From Candidatus Thorarchaeota archaeon (lineage in GTDB: Archaea; Asgardarchaeota; Thorarchaeia; Thorarchaeales; Thorarchaeaceae): DNA of 64,000 bases. Shown here piece by piece: positions 20,201 to 27,519 of the stretch. The position numbers and the translations under genes are program-made. The stretch lies in contig JBHLQH010000019.1 in the NCBI GenBank assembly GCA_048884965.1, positions 314-64,313 on the forward strand, in the 5' to 3' direction. The stretch's first letter is position 1; each line of letters starts with the position of its first letter. The notes beneath the pieces are model-generated. The model ran no database searches and was not told where the DNA came from. It worked only from the letters and a program-made list of their open reading frames with translations.

Positions 20201-21956
20201 TCTTACTGATCTCGAATACGATGGATAATGTAAGGGTGATAGAGATTGATAGGAGCTCTGAGAACCACTCCATGATAGTCGAGATGACACCAGCTCCACC
20301 AGGTGAGAGGAAAGCCGATATGCTTAGGGAGAACGAAGCATCCAGCTCGAATCTGAGACCCCATTCACGTACATCAATGAATGCTCTATCAGTATTGGAT
20401 GCATCCATAGGTGGAAAGGCAAGCTTTAGCCAAGCATGTCCAAAGAACTCGATAGTGAACTGACCCATGAGACCTTGTACCCAGTCGTTCCCGGTTGGGA
20501 GGAAGGCACAGACACCAAGGTCGATCTCCATCACAGGGATGATGTCTATGAACTTACGAATCTCAGTGAACTGCTCCTCAACGTCACCGAACTCGGACAT
20601 GTTCTTTCCTCCGAGTACTGCTTGATTCATAAAGCTCTCAAAGGGAGTCTTGTCTATCTCAAAGTCAGGTAGGAGCTTGATCCGAAGAACTGCGCCAAAG
20701 CTCGCAAAGTCAGAGCCCAGATTGATAGGAGTTCCCAATCTGAATAGGAATACTGGAACCAGCCCTGTCAGTTTGTCTTGGACAGGAGTATTGATGATCC
20801 AGTCGAAGAACTCGCCAATATACTCATCCACCTCATACCACGCATCGAGGATAAGCTGGTCAACCATGGACCAGAGATCGAACATCTGTCTGGGTAAGAG
20901 CTGTGGCATCCATGTTGCGAAATCATGGTTGGTGATGTTGAAGCCCTCATCAATGAACCATTCCTTAATCTGGTCCCGAGCGTCCTCGATGGCACCCTGC
21001 ATGTAATCATTCAGGTCCTCTGCTGCATCGATATGAATAGCTAGGTTTTGAAGTCCTAGGTCGATCATACTATATAACACGGTATCTATCAGCCATCCCA
21101 TGGGTCCTCCGACACCGCTGGTCGGTGCCATCTCACGTAGGCCGATGTAATCCTCACTCTGAGCGGGAATTCCCAGACGCATGATAGGCATTAGCTCCTC
21201 GCCCTTGTCATCGTATTGCTTCTCTTCGATGACCCATGATTCGGTGAGGGCGGGATCAGTGATTGGGTCTGGAATATGTTCGCCTGTGTATTCTTCAGGA
21301 ACGACTCCTTTTGCCATATACTCATTGATGTTATCAGAGAAATCTCTCAACACCGTCTCACGAAGGCATTCTCCTTTTGCAGCCCACGTTGGCTCGTCAG
21401 AAAGTGCCATTGTGTCAGCTACTTCCCAAAGTGCATACAAGCGCCCAAGTCGCACATCGATGACCTCGGAATCATCGACATGAAGGTTGGCAGGTTCACC
21501 AAGGTAGTCCTTAATGATGAAGGCGCTTCCAACGCCGAAGATATGCTCGATCCTTGGAAAGTCAGCTAAGGTTTCAGCAACAACTTTCCACGATGTGATT
21601 TCCTCTCTGAACATGAGACCGGCTTGGCAGCTTTGGAAATAGTAGATGGCATAGTCTGGGCGATACCTATCAAGTTCAGCTTCTAGTTGTAATATAGATG
21701 AAACATCAAAGGAATCAACAAGGATGCCGTTCTGGAGAAGAGGGTTCATCGAATCCAACAGCATCGCTCTTGCTTCCAGACACTCCTTGTCATAATAGAT
21801 ATGTATCAGAGCTGGAGTTGCCTTTGCGACCTGAGGTTCAACGACTTCCGGAATGGAAGCAGCTGAAACAGGGAACATCAATGATGAGCTTACAAGCATC
21901 ATCACGGTAATAATGACGACTACCTTGCGGAGTCCAACCTTCATATTCATAGACAT
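17211..21956 (-). CDS. Giant secreted, C-terminally anchored protein with a long array of thrombospondin-type-3-like Ca-binding repeats
   Basis: 1581-aa ORF. GGAGG lies 9 nt upstream of ATG 21956. The signal-like N-terminus is MSMNMKVGLRKVVVIITVMMLVSSSLMFPVSA. More than 25 D.D.D.L.D..E motifs (DTDGDGLNDKLE, DTDNDGLLDGEE, DSDGDGLDDGLE) occupy aa ~700-1505. The TM is FWMLAAILGGAGFIAGIIVPPVL, followed by a Lys/Ser/Thr-rich tail. Confidence 0.85.
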   Translation of the reverse strand: MSMNMKVGLRKVVVIITVMMLVSSSLMFPVSAASIPEVVEPQVAKATPALIHIYYDKECLEARAMLLDSMNPLLQNGILVDSFDVSSILQLEAELDRYRPDYAIYYFQSCQAGLMFREEITSWKVVAETLADFPRIEHIFGVGSAFIIKDYLGEPANLHVDDSEVIDVRLGRLYALWEVADTMALSDEPTWAAKGECLRETVLRDFSDNINEYMAKGVVPEEYTGEHIPDPITDPALTESWVIEEKQYDDKGEELMPIMRLGIPAQSEDYIGLREMAPTSGVGGPMGWLIDTVLYSMIDLGLQNLAIHIDAAEDLNDYMQGAIEDARDQIKEWFIDEGFNITNHDFATWMPQLLPRQMFDLWSMVDQLILDAWYEVDEYIGEFFDWIINTPVQDKLTGLVPVFLFRLGTPINLGSDFASFGAVLRIKLLPDFEIDKTPFESFMNQAVLGGKNMSEFGDVEEQFTEIRKFIDIIPVMEIDLGVCAFLPTGNDWVQGLMGQFTIEFFGHAWLKLAFPPMDASNTDRAFIDVREWGLRFELDASFSLSISAFLSPGGAGVISTIMEWFSELLSISITLTLSIVFEISKKYQGQGLPSLSTLLLDIIIGVTLHIRLLIVIFEGTFKVGLRFEMRSGILAGEPLMALAADPDPVIIHTLSDIATSTIGIYITLYCSLYFGIDLFFTSFGTHFGGPWTTTIDISASWGSSSYGEEAADLTDTDEDGLPDDFETRMSLLYGSLPGYTLADSSTFLDPLSADTDGDGLNDKLEIELNTAPWKVDSDDDLLTDYEEHVTFKTNPLLNDTDRDNLTDYQEVKVYHTSPFLIDTDGDMLYDWYEINTVYDVTLTKGTYGSVESVIIGGVSYDDRTDPLNPDTDNDGLLDGEEWDNGVEYCNETEVSMYQYVNFRWTHPLDADTDEDCVAWLYQGGGWGDPFAPTDDYIWDLHDGTEVFGQIAIIPDLEGYPEVKLVKTNPCNPDTDNDTAWGAVYLYLTDGNELARDPQWDPTNGDQDSDGLRDGYEQIGPGGSGTDAQNPDTDNDHLPDYEDWMLDTDPRNPDCDEDMVLDGDEYFLYGTNPLNNDTDRDGLTDGEELFFFYCNPLVRDSDYDGLTDGEEILIYLTDPLEADTDHDDLTDGYEIFYAHTDPRLWDTDNDRLGDGEELLVFNSDPLDWDTDHDSLDYPNENGSMTLPLSDGDEVLDYGTSPITMDTDADGLTDSQEIYLGLGWPGHDPVPLDPLNNDTDGDTLLDGTEMILENVSIITFPYEALTIVLRYGSCPVLNDTDGDGLDDGLELFYGTYPNNADSDDDRINDYNEIFVTHTNPMSNDTDGDELGDALESWEMISANTTPPEALMPPFFLAQANESWWPLYPTNVTDSDTDDDYLPDGLEYVYGLNPLEWDENGNGIADGFEYDFDGDGLSDGEEFYFEMTWMTPLPIGNDSSGLWHWNAAPGGFDNPDSDGDGLDDGLEVKVYGTDPTSTDTDGDGVPDNEEVALGQNPLVPITEGYPFWMLAAILGGAGFIAGIIVPPVLRFTVKKVGSLRSGDKTESKADSKKTTKKADKTEATDSKKTTKSSKTKSKKEGDTK

Positions 21957-22270
21957 GTGATAATTCCTCCGAGGGAAAAACTAGAACGAGAGCAAGGATG
22001 AATGAACCTAATACCAACTGTAATATCTCGAGCAAGTTCACCAGATGTAGTGTGCATGGCGTGCTCTACTACTACACAGGATGGTCGCCTTAAACGCATC
22101 CTTATCTCCCAGCGAATACCATTATTCGTTCAATAGAACGATTACTCTCGGTTAGAATCAGTCCCATTTAACGTTTACCACAAACCAATTCTTCATTTAT
22201 TTATAGCACAAGCTCAATAAATAAGAAGTTCTTGGAGGAAAACCAGTCACAGGTATGGCAAAAGCAAGAG

Positions 22271-22290
22271 GACTGGGGATATCCCCAGTC
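22271..22290. promoter_or_regulatory. Perfect 20-bp palindrome GACTGGGGATATCCCCAGTC (terminator hairpin or operator)
   Basis: Read directly: 22271-22280 is the reverse complement of 22281-22290. It lies 18 nt past the stop of the small minus-strand ORF (22308) and about 315 nt upstream of the giant-operon start (21956). Confidence 0.4.
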
Positions 22291-22307
22291 TAGATTATGA
22301 TATGCTA

Positions 22308-22490
22308 TCAATCAGAACTCAGTTCGTCATCTTCTTCATCTGATTCTTCTGGTTCTTCTTCTGGTTCTTCTTCTTTCTCGACCTTCTTGGCGCTTGTGAC
22401 AACAGCCTCAGTCTTTCTACTACAGACAACAGATGGCACGAAGATCAATGCGAGGAGAATCATTAACAATGCAGCAGGAATAATAATCAA
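22308..22490 (-). CDS. Small single-pass membrane protein with an acidic tail (TTG start)
   Basis: AGGAGG lies 8 nt upstream of TTG 22490-22488. The product is MIIIPAALLMILLALIFVPSVV (TM) followed by KKVEKEEEPEEEPEESDEEDDELSSD. The overlapping plus-strand ORF is a poly-Ser mirror image. Confidence 0.5.
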   Translation of the reverse strand: MIIIPAALLMILLALIFVPSVVCSRKTEAVVTSAKKVEKEEEPEEEPEESDEEDDELSSD

Positions 22491-22565
22491 ACTTTTTTCC
22501 TCCTATCAAGATTGGTTGTGGTAGTTGTGCATATATGACCATTCTTAACATTTTCGTAGAGGAAT

Positions 22566-23837
22566 CTAGGACGCCTTGGACCAGTCATAGAGATTCTCCA
22601 TAGCCTCACGCTCCATATCATGGATTAGAGTGAGATGAGGAAGGATAGGCTCCAATATGCATGAGAAGTCTTGAACCTCTCTTTCTGCCGCCGTGTAGAG
22701 TGGCTTCAATCGTAGAGTATTCTCTCTAACAGCGTCGAATGCCTTAATTCCGTGCTCCTCCATCTCCTTATTATTGTTCCACAGGATATCTCGAATCTCA
22801 GAAAGTGTTGGACATCTATCGGGTAGAATCATTTTGGCTAGTGAACTCCAAGCATCGGAGATCCTATCATAATCACTGCTTGCTTTTCTTAGGACCCCGT
22901 CCTTCAGGATATCACCGGCTTCAGACAGAAAATCAGAATAGATCCTCCTGAAAAGAGCTCCACCACTTCCCCCCGTCTCGATGTATACATAATGCTCGCA
23001 CAAAGCACGTACCAGATTATGAGGCTCAGGCATCAATTTACTGTAGTTCTGTAGCTCCTTTTGCCATCGTAGAATCCCTCTAACACCCATGTTACTGATT
23101 GGAGGATTCAGCATGAATTCAGCGTTCTCTCGGATTGCATTTTGGATAATCTCAGGGAGAGGAGTCATGACTTCTGGCATCTCAACCGTTAGCAACTTAT
23201 TCTCTGCAGGAAAGGGATGGTACTTTGATGCTCGTGCCTGTTGAAGAGAAGTTAGGGAGATAGTGAGAGGAGTAGCAAATCGATCAGAAACGTACGCTTC
23301 ATTCTTTGCTTCATCGATCCCATATACCAAGACATTATGCATCCCAAAGTGATCATCTCCTCCAATCGAAAGATAGTTCAGAAAGCCTATATCCACACAT
23401 ACCAATGCTGGACAGTCCTGTCTCAGTACATCAGTCAACTGTTTATGTGCTCGTATCATTGATGTGCTCTTTAGGACCTTCCAAGAACCACCTAGCCTAT
23501 CAATTGCCAGACCGAGAATAGTCGGGAAGCGACCTCCATTCATTCCACCAACAAATGGGACTGGAAGCTGTTTCATGTTCCAATAGATGAAACCCAATCC
23601 TGATGCAATTCCGACAATCATCTCTTCAGTGATCTTCAATCCCTGATGATTGAACAACTTCCACAGCGAACTGCTCATGCAATTTCTGCCACCTGGAAGA
23701 TGCTCAAAGTCCAAAACCAAACGTTCATTGTTTCCACCCGCGATCTCTTCATTCGAATTCACACTATCATCTCCTTCATCATGAAACCTTGAAATTGAAA
23801 CCTCTGCCTTCATTGACCTTCTCGATGAATTCATCAA
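22566..23837 (-). CDS. BtrH-N-like (C39/papain-fold) protein with a helical C-terminal domain (DUF4872-like architecture)
   Basis: 423-aa ORF. NCMSSSLWKLFNHQGLKITEEMIVGIASGLGFIYW resembles the BtrH_N Cys motif, and DHFGMHNVLVYGIDEAKNEAYVSD the His/Asp motif. There is no signal peptide. The start is uncertain (23837, 23834 or 23813), and all candidates overlap the PadR 3' end. Confidence 0.5.
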   Translation of the reverse strand: MMNSSRRSMKAEVSISRFHDEGDDSVNSNEEIAGGNNERLVLDFEHLPGGRNCMSSSLWKLFNHQGLKITEEMIVGIASGLGFIYWNMKQLPVPFVGGMNGGRFPTILGLAIDRLGGSWKVLKSTSMIRAHKQLTDVLRQDCPALVCVDIGFLNYLSIGGDDHFGMHNVLVYGIDEAKNEAYVSDRFATPLTISLTSLQQARASKYHPFPAENKLLTVEMPEVMTPLPEIIQNAIRENAEFMLNPPISNMGVRGILRWQKELQNYSKLMPEPHNLVRALCEHYVYIETGGSGGALFRRIYSDFLSEAGDILKDGVLRKASSDYDRISDAWSSLAKMILPDRCPTLSEIRDILWNNNKEMEEHGIKAFDAVRENTLRLKPLYTAAEREVQDFSCILEPILPHLTLIHDMEREAMENLYDWSKAS

Positions 23838-24432
23838 GCCAGATTATCTGACTCTCAAGACCTCTAAGCGGCCTCTCAAAGAGGGCAACTACTACCTCGA
23901 TCTCATCGCTACCATCAAACTCAACTGCTTGTTGATGACCAATCATCCGAGTAGGAGAGTCCTTCCTGATTTCCTCTATATTCCGCAATAGCTTGACCTG
24001 AGTGGAGAGAAACGCGATGTTCTCAGAGAGGTTCTCTCTATAGGTCACAAGTGCATCTAGGACCTCATTCCTAGTCAAGCTGCTCAATGCAGAGAGACCC
24101 AGATCGAACATTGTATAGCATCTTGGAGGACTACTCAAGATCTGCAGTATCTGCTCCTTCAGGACCTTGCTCCCTTTTCGTGTAAGAGAGTAGACCTTTT
24201 TTGAAGCCTTTACAGATTCATCTTCTTTAACGCCCTTTACAAGACCTCTGTTTTCAAGCTCGTTCAATGCTTTGTAGATAGAAGAGAATTGGAGATCGAC
24301 CCAGTTGCGATATCCATGACGTTCTAGAAGGTCATTGATTTCATATCCATACCGAGCACCTTTACCAATCAGAGTAAGTACCGTGAGGTAGGTCGTAGGT
24401 AGTAACGAGTCTTTATCAGGCATTTGTTCCAC
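23779..24432 (-). CDS. padR: PadR-family transcriptional regulator with a C-terminal extension
   Basis: The winged-helix pattern is LTVLTLIGKGARYGYEINDLLERHGYRNWVDLQFSSIYKALNELENRGLVKG...KKVYSLTRKG. Confidence 0.8.
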   Translation of the reverse strand: MEQMPDKDSLLPTTYLTVLTLIGKGARYGYEINDLLERHGYRNWVDLQFSSIYKALNELENRGLVKGVKEDESVKASKKVYSLTRKGSKVLKEQILQILSSPPRCYTMFDLGLSALSSLTRNEVLDALVTYRENLSENIAFLSTQVKLLRNIEEIRKDSPTRMIGHQQAVEFDGSDEIEVVVALFERPLRGLESQIIWLDEFIEKVNEGRGFNFKVS

Positions 24433-24435
24433 ATC

Positions 24436-24453
24436 TATTATACTAGTATAATA
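24436..24453. promoter_or_regulatory. Perfect 18-bp AT-rich palindrome TATTATACTAGTATAATA immediately upstream of padR (candidate operator / TATA region)
   Basis: Read directly; it is self-complementary. It sits 4-21 nt upstream of the padR start codon (24432, minus strand), in the divergent intergenic region shared with the TPR gene. Confidence 0.4.
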
Positions 24454-24623
24454 TTTTTATTATGCCGGTATAATATTAATAAGAGTATCGGAACATTAGA
24501 ATTTTACTTGTATGAGCCTTTACACAAAAGATGCAATGATGAATTATCTTATATACATACAATTCGGGCGAAACTGTGGACTACATATAGTTACTTCAGT
24601 AACTCGAATGGGGTTAAGTGTTG

Positions 24624-25262
24624 AAGATGGCAAATGACAGTCCCGACATGGGACAAATCCTTGACAAGGCCGAGAACCTGATGAGCAATTCAAAATTCAG
24701 TGATGCTATAGAGGCATTGGAAAAGGCCGTTTCAATTGATCCAAACAATCGTATAGTTTGGGATAACGTTATTATTTGCAATCTAGAGCTCAAACGTCCA
24801 AAGAAAGCTCTAGAGGCAATGAACTCGATTTTGAATATCGACCCCACTGCATACCAAGTGTGGGCTGATAAGGCATACCTCCATTTCTTGCTGCAGGAGG
24901 ATGGTGAAGGTGTTGAAGCACTTCGCAATAGTCTCAAATTGAACCCAAGGAACTACCGAGATTGGTTTTTACTTGGATCAGTGTTCATGTCTAATGAACG
25001 ATGGGATGACGCACGAGATGCATTTCACAACGCATTACAACTTAATCCAACGGATTCAGCTGTATGGTACAATCTTGCTGCAGTCAACTACATGATAGGT
25101 GACTTTGGAGCGGCTCTTGGAGCTGCTGAACAAGCAACCTCTATTGACCCGACCATGGACCTTTCAGAGGATGAATGGCTTGAAGAACTCAAGGATACCT
25201 TTGAACCTTTCACTGATAGCGATGATGATGATTTGATGTTTGACTTGGCAGCAGGAAGCTAG
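24624..25262 (+). CDS. TPR-repeat protein with an acidic C-terminus
   Basis: The ORF track starts at TTG 24618, and ATG 24624 is in frame. Repeated TPR signatures are present (AIEALEKAVSIDPNN, ALEAMNSILNIDPTAYQVWADKAY, ALRNSLKLNPRNYRDWFLLG, AFHNALQLNPTDSAVWYNLA, AAEQATSIDP). Confidence 0.8.
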   Translation, partial: KMANDSPDMGQILDKAENLMSNSKFSDAIEALEKAVSIDPNNRIVWDNVIICNLELKRPKKALEAMNSILNIDPTAYQVWADKAYLHFLLQEDGEGVEALRNSLKLNPRNYRDWFLLGSVFMSNERWDDARDAFHNALQLNPTDSAVWYNLAAVNYMIGDFGAALGAAEQATSIDPTMDLSEDEWLEELKDTFEPFTDSDDDDLMFDLAAGS

Positions 25263-27304
25263 ACTTCCTTCTTCTTGGTCCTACGTCTCTTTTTCTTAGG
25301 CGGTACCTCAGAGACGGGCTCTTCGATTTTTGCATCCTCAGAAGCTTGATTTTTTGATTCCTCGGGAGCTTGATTCGAAGCTTCGACGGGAGCTTCCTTT
25401 TTCCCAGAGTCGCTCCCTTCAACACCCTTCAGAATAGCCAGTTCCTTTGATAGGCTTTGAATCTCGTCCTTCATCTTATGATATTGTGCAGCTTGTAATG
25501 CCTGTTCTATTGCCTCTGTAAGCTGCTTCGTTTCTCTCTGGAACTCTGCGATATTCTGAGGATTGGTTGTTTGTTCTTTTCGTTTCGTCAAAACACCTAG
25601 TAAACCTTTGATTGCAGAAGATGTTTCATCTTTCGTTAACACGACTTCTTGCGGCTCAGTTGTTGAAACACTCAAGATACGACCGATTTGATCCTTCAGA
25701 TGAACAAACTCATTCAATGCCAAAGCAAGAATCTCAACGACTTCTGCATCCTCTTCAGCGTCATCTATGCTTTTTTCCAATTTGGTAATTGCGTTGGTAA
25801 GAAATCCTTCTCGTTCTTGCAGTGATGATCGTTTCCTTTCAAGCCAACGCCACTCGCTTCTCACATTTTGAGTAAGGGTAAGTGCTTCTGTTATCTTCTC
25901 TTGGTATAGCTCGAACTTCTCCTGTGCTTCATGCCATTCTTGCTCAAGATTATCAGTAGCATGAGAAAGCTGATAGCTAAGGATGTGACCAGCTTGTGCT
26001 TCAGCTAATACACGACTCTCTTTGATGGCACGGGATGCTGCATTCCATATCCGCTCCAGCTCTACCTCATCCTTGCTTGATCTGCCCTCTCTATCAAACT
26101 CGTCTGAAATGACCATTATTTCCTTTGTAAGGTCTTCAATCTCTGATATTTTCGCACGGAGGAGTGAAAGTCCTAGTCTATCGTTCAACTCATTGGTCAA
26201 AGCCTCACGTTCAGAAGGCACTTCCAACAGAGCATGGGTATTATCAATCAAGAGTTGGAGTGCGTGCTCGTAGTCAGCCACGGCTTCATGATACTCAGCG
26301 TTCTGTATCTTGGCATCTCCCTGTTTTTGAAGATCTAAGACAGACTCAAGAACGTCATATGGAGATGTCTTTAGAAGACCAGGAGCATAGAGCATACCGT
26401 CCTCGGCGGATAAATCCAATGGTTGTTGGCTTAGGGTTATGGATACGATTAGAATCTTATCCGGAGTTGCCAAGAAGATATGTTGCTTATCTACTCGAAC
26501 ATGGAAAATCTTCGTGCCCTCAAGCTTGATTGTACCTATTCCAACTCCTTTCCTGAGATCCCAGATGGAAACTCTAGCAGTATTTGAGGATACCACGAGG
26601 TAGAGATCATTAGCCCACATCGAACCAATTACATTGCTTTCTAGAGCGGGTAAGGACTTGATCTGTGACCAATCTACACGATCCCATAACTTGATGTCAG
26701 CAGTAGTCAAGCCAGTAATTATGAAATGACTATTCCCAACTACCTTTGTACCCTTGTCTTTTTTCTCCAGGCGCTTGATTTCAGTGGGAGCTCCTTCACT
26801 TTCTAATTTCCAGACTACAGCTTCATCCTTGCTGGTTGATGTACAGATTATCTCCCCATCGCCCCAAAGATTGTTGATATCTGCCTTGAAAAGCTGCCAG
26901 CTTGAAGTATCATGCGATTCCTTCTTAATCGATACTAAGCGACCCTCCTTAGCGCCAACGTACAGCGAATCACCACGAAGTGTAGAGGTCACAGCAGAAT
27001 AGCTGAGTTCAAACCATCCAATCATACCCCATGAGTTCTTGTTCCAGACATAGACTCGCTTTTCACAAGTTGCGTAAACTTGATTATCATCAACATGAAC
27101 AGCCAGAGGAGGAGAACTGGTTTCACCTAGTTCAGCAACTAGTTGCCAGTCATCTCTTGACCAGACCCGTACCTTCATGTCATCGCACGCGGCATAAACG
27201 TATTTATCGTCGACATTTAGATAGACAGCGTCGCCCTCAAGTTGAGCTTCAACATGATGTTGCAGACGCGGTGAGGCCGCGTTACCTCCCGCTGATTTAG
27301 CCAT
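25259..27304 (-). CDS. WD40-like beta-propeller + long coiled coil + basic C-terminal tail
   Basis: 681-aa ORF. The N-terminal ~300 aa carry repeated blade-end motifs (VRVWSRDDW, VYVWNKNSW, AVVWKLES, IKLWDRVDW, VSIWDLRKG). Residues ~330-640 are heptad-rich and charged. The protein ends PPKKKRRRTKKKEV. Confidence 0.75.
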   Translation of the reverse strand: MAKSAGGNAASPRLQHHVEAQLEGDAVYLNVDDKYVYAACDDMKVRVWSRDDWQLVAELGETSSPPLAVHVDDNQVYATCEKRVYVWNKNSWGMIGWFELSYSAVTSTLRGDSLYVGAKEGRLVSIKKESHDTSSWQLFKADINNLWGDGEIICTSTSKDEAVVWKLESEGAPTEIKRLEKKDKGTKVVGNSHFIITGLTTADIKLWDRVDWSQIKSLPALESNVIGSMWANDLYLVVSSNTARVSIWDLRKGVGIGTIKLEGTKIFHVRVDKQHIFLATPDKILIVSITLSQQPLDLSAEDGMLYAPGLLKTSPYDVLESVLDLQKQGDAKIQNAEYHEAVADYEHALQLLIDNTHALLEVPSEREALTNELNDRLGLSLLRAKISEIEDLTKEIMVISDEFDREGRSSKDEVELERIWNAASRAIKESRVLAEAQAGHILSYQLSHATDNLEQEWHEAQEKFELYQEKITEALTLTQNVRSEWRWLERKRSSLQEREGFLTNAITKLEKSIDDAEEDAEVVEILALALNEFVHLKDQIGRILSVSTTEPQEVVLTKDETSSAIKGLLGVLTKRKEQTTNPQNIAEFQRETKQLTEAIEQALQAAQYHKMKDEIQSLSKELAILKGVEGSDSGKKEAPVEASNQAPEESKNQASEDAKIEEPVSEVPPKKKRRRTKKKEV

Positions 27305-27519
27305 AATATTCAGTCCCTACAAGTACCTTGAACGCTATTAAGTGAGTTTCGTTTCACAAATGATGTTTTAAGACTTTATTCAACCGTGCAAGTATCTTCT
27401 TTTGCCTTAAAAATGCCTAATTACTGAGGCTCAGACAGGTGATAAAGAATTAAAGGAATAAACACAGAACACACTTAAGACATACATCGTCTCAAGTAAC
27501 GCCTATTGGAGGTAGCTCA
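27305..27519. promoter_or_regulatory. Divergent intergenic region that must carry the promoters of the WD40/coiled-coil gene and the FtsZ-like operon
   Basis: Inferred from gene geometry only: 215 nt of AT-rich sequence between divergent starts. TATA-like candidates include CTTAAAAAT (~27406) and, on the minus strand, CTTAATAG (~27333-27340). GGAGG lies 7 nt before TTG 27520. Confidence 0.35.

Noticed and set aside
21838-22041. Minus-strand 67-aa ORF overlapping the start of the 1581-aa gene
   Set aside because: It is out of frame with the giant gene. GGAGG is correctly spaced before ATG 21956, and the giant ORF's N-terminus is a good signal peptide.
22297-22524. Plus-strand 75-aa ORF with a poly-Ser run
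   Set aside because: It is the mirror image of the acidic-tail codons (GAA/GAT read as TTC/ATC/TCT). The minus-strand ORF has a consensus AGGAGG site and a TM-plus-tail architecture.
24589-24604. Small hairpin AGTTAC-TTCA-GTAACT upstream of the TPR gene
   Set aside because: It has only a 6-bp stem in an AT-rich region, which is within chance expectation.
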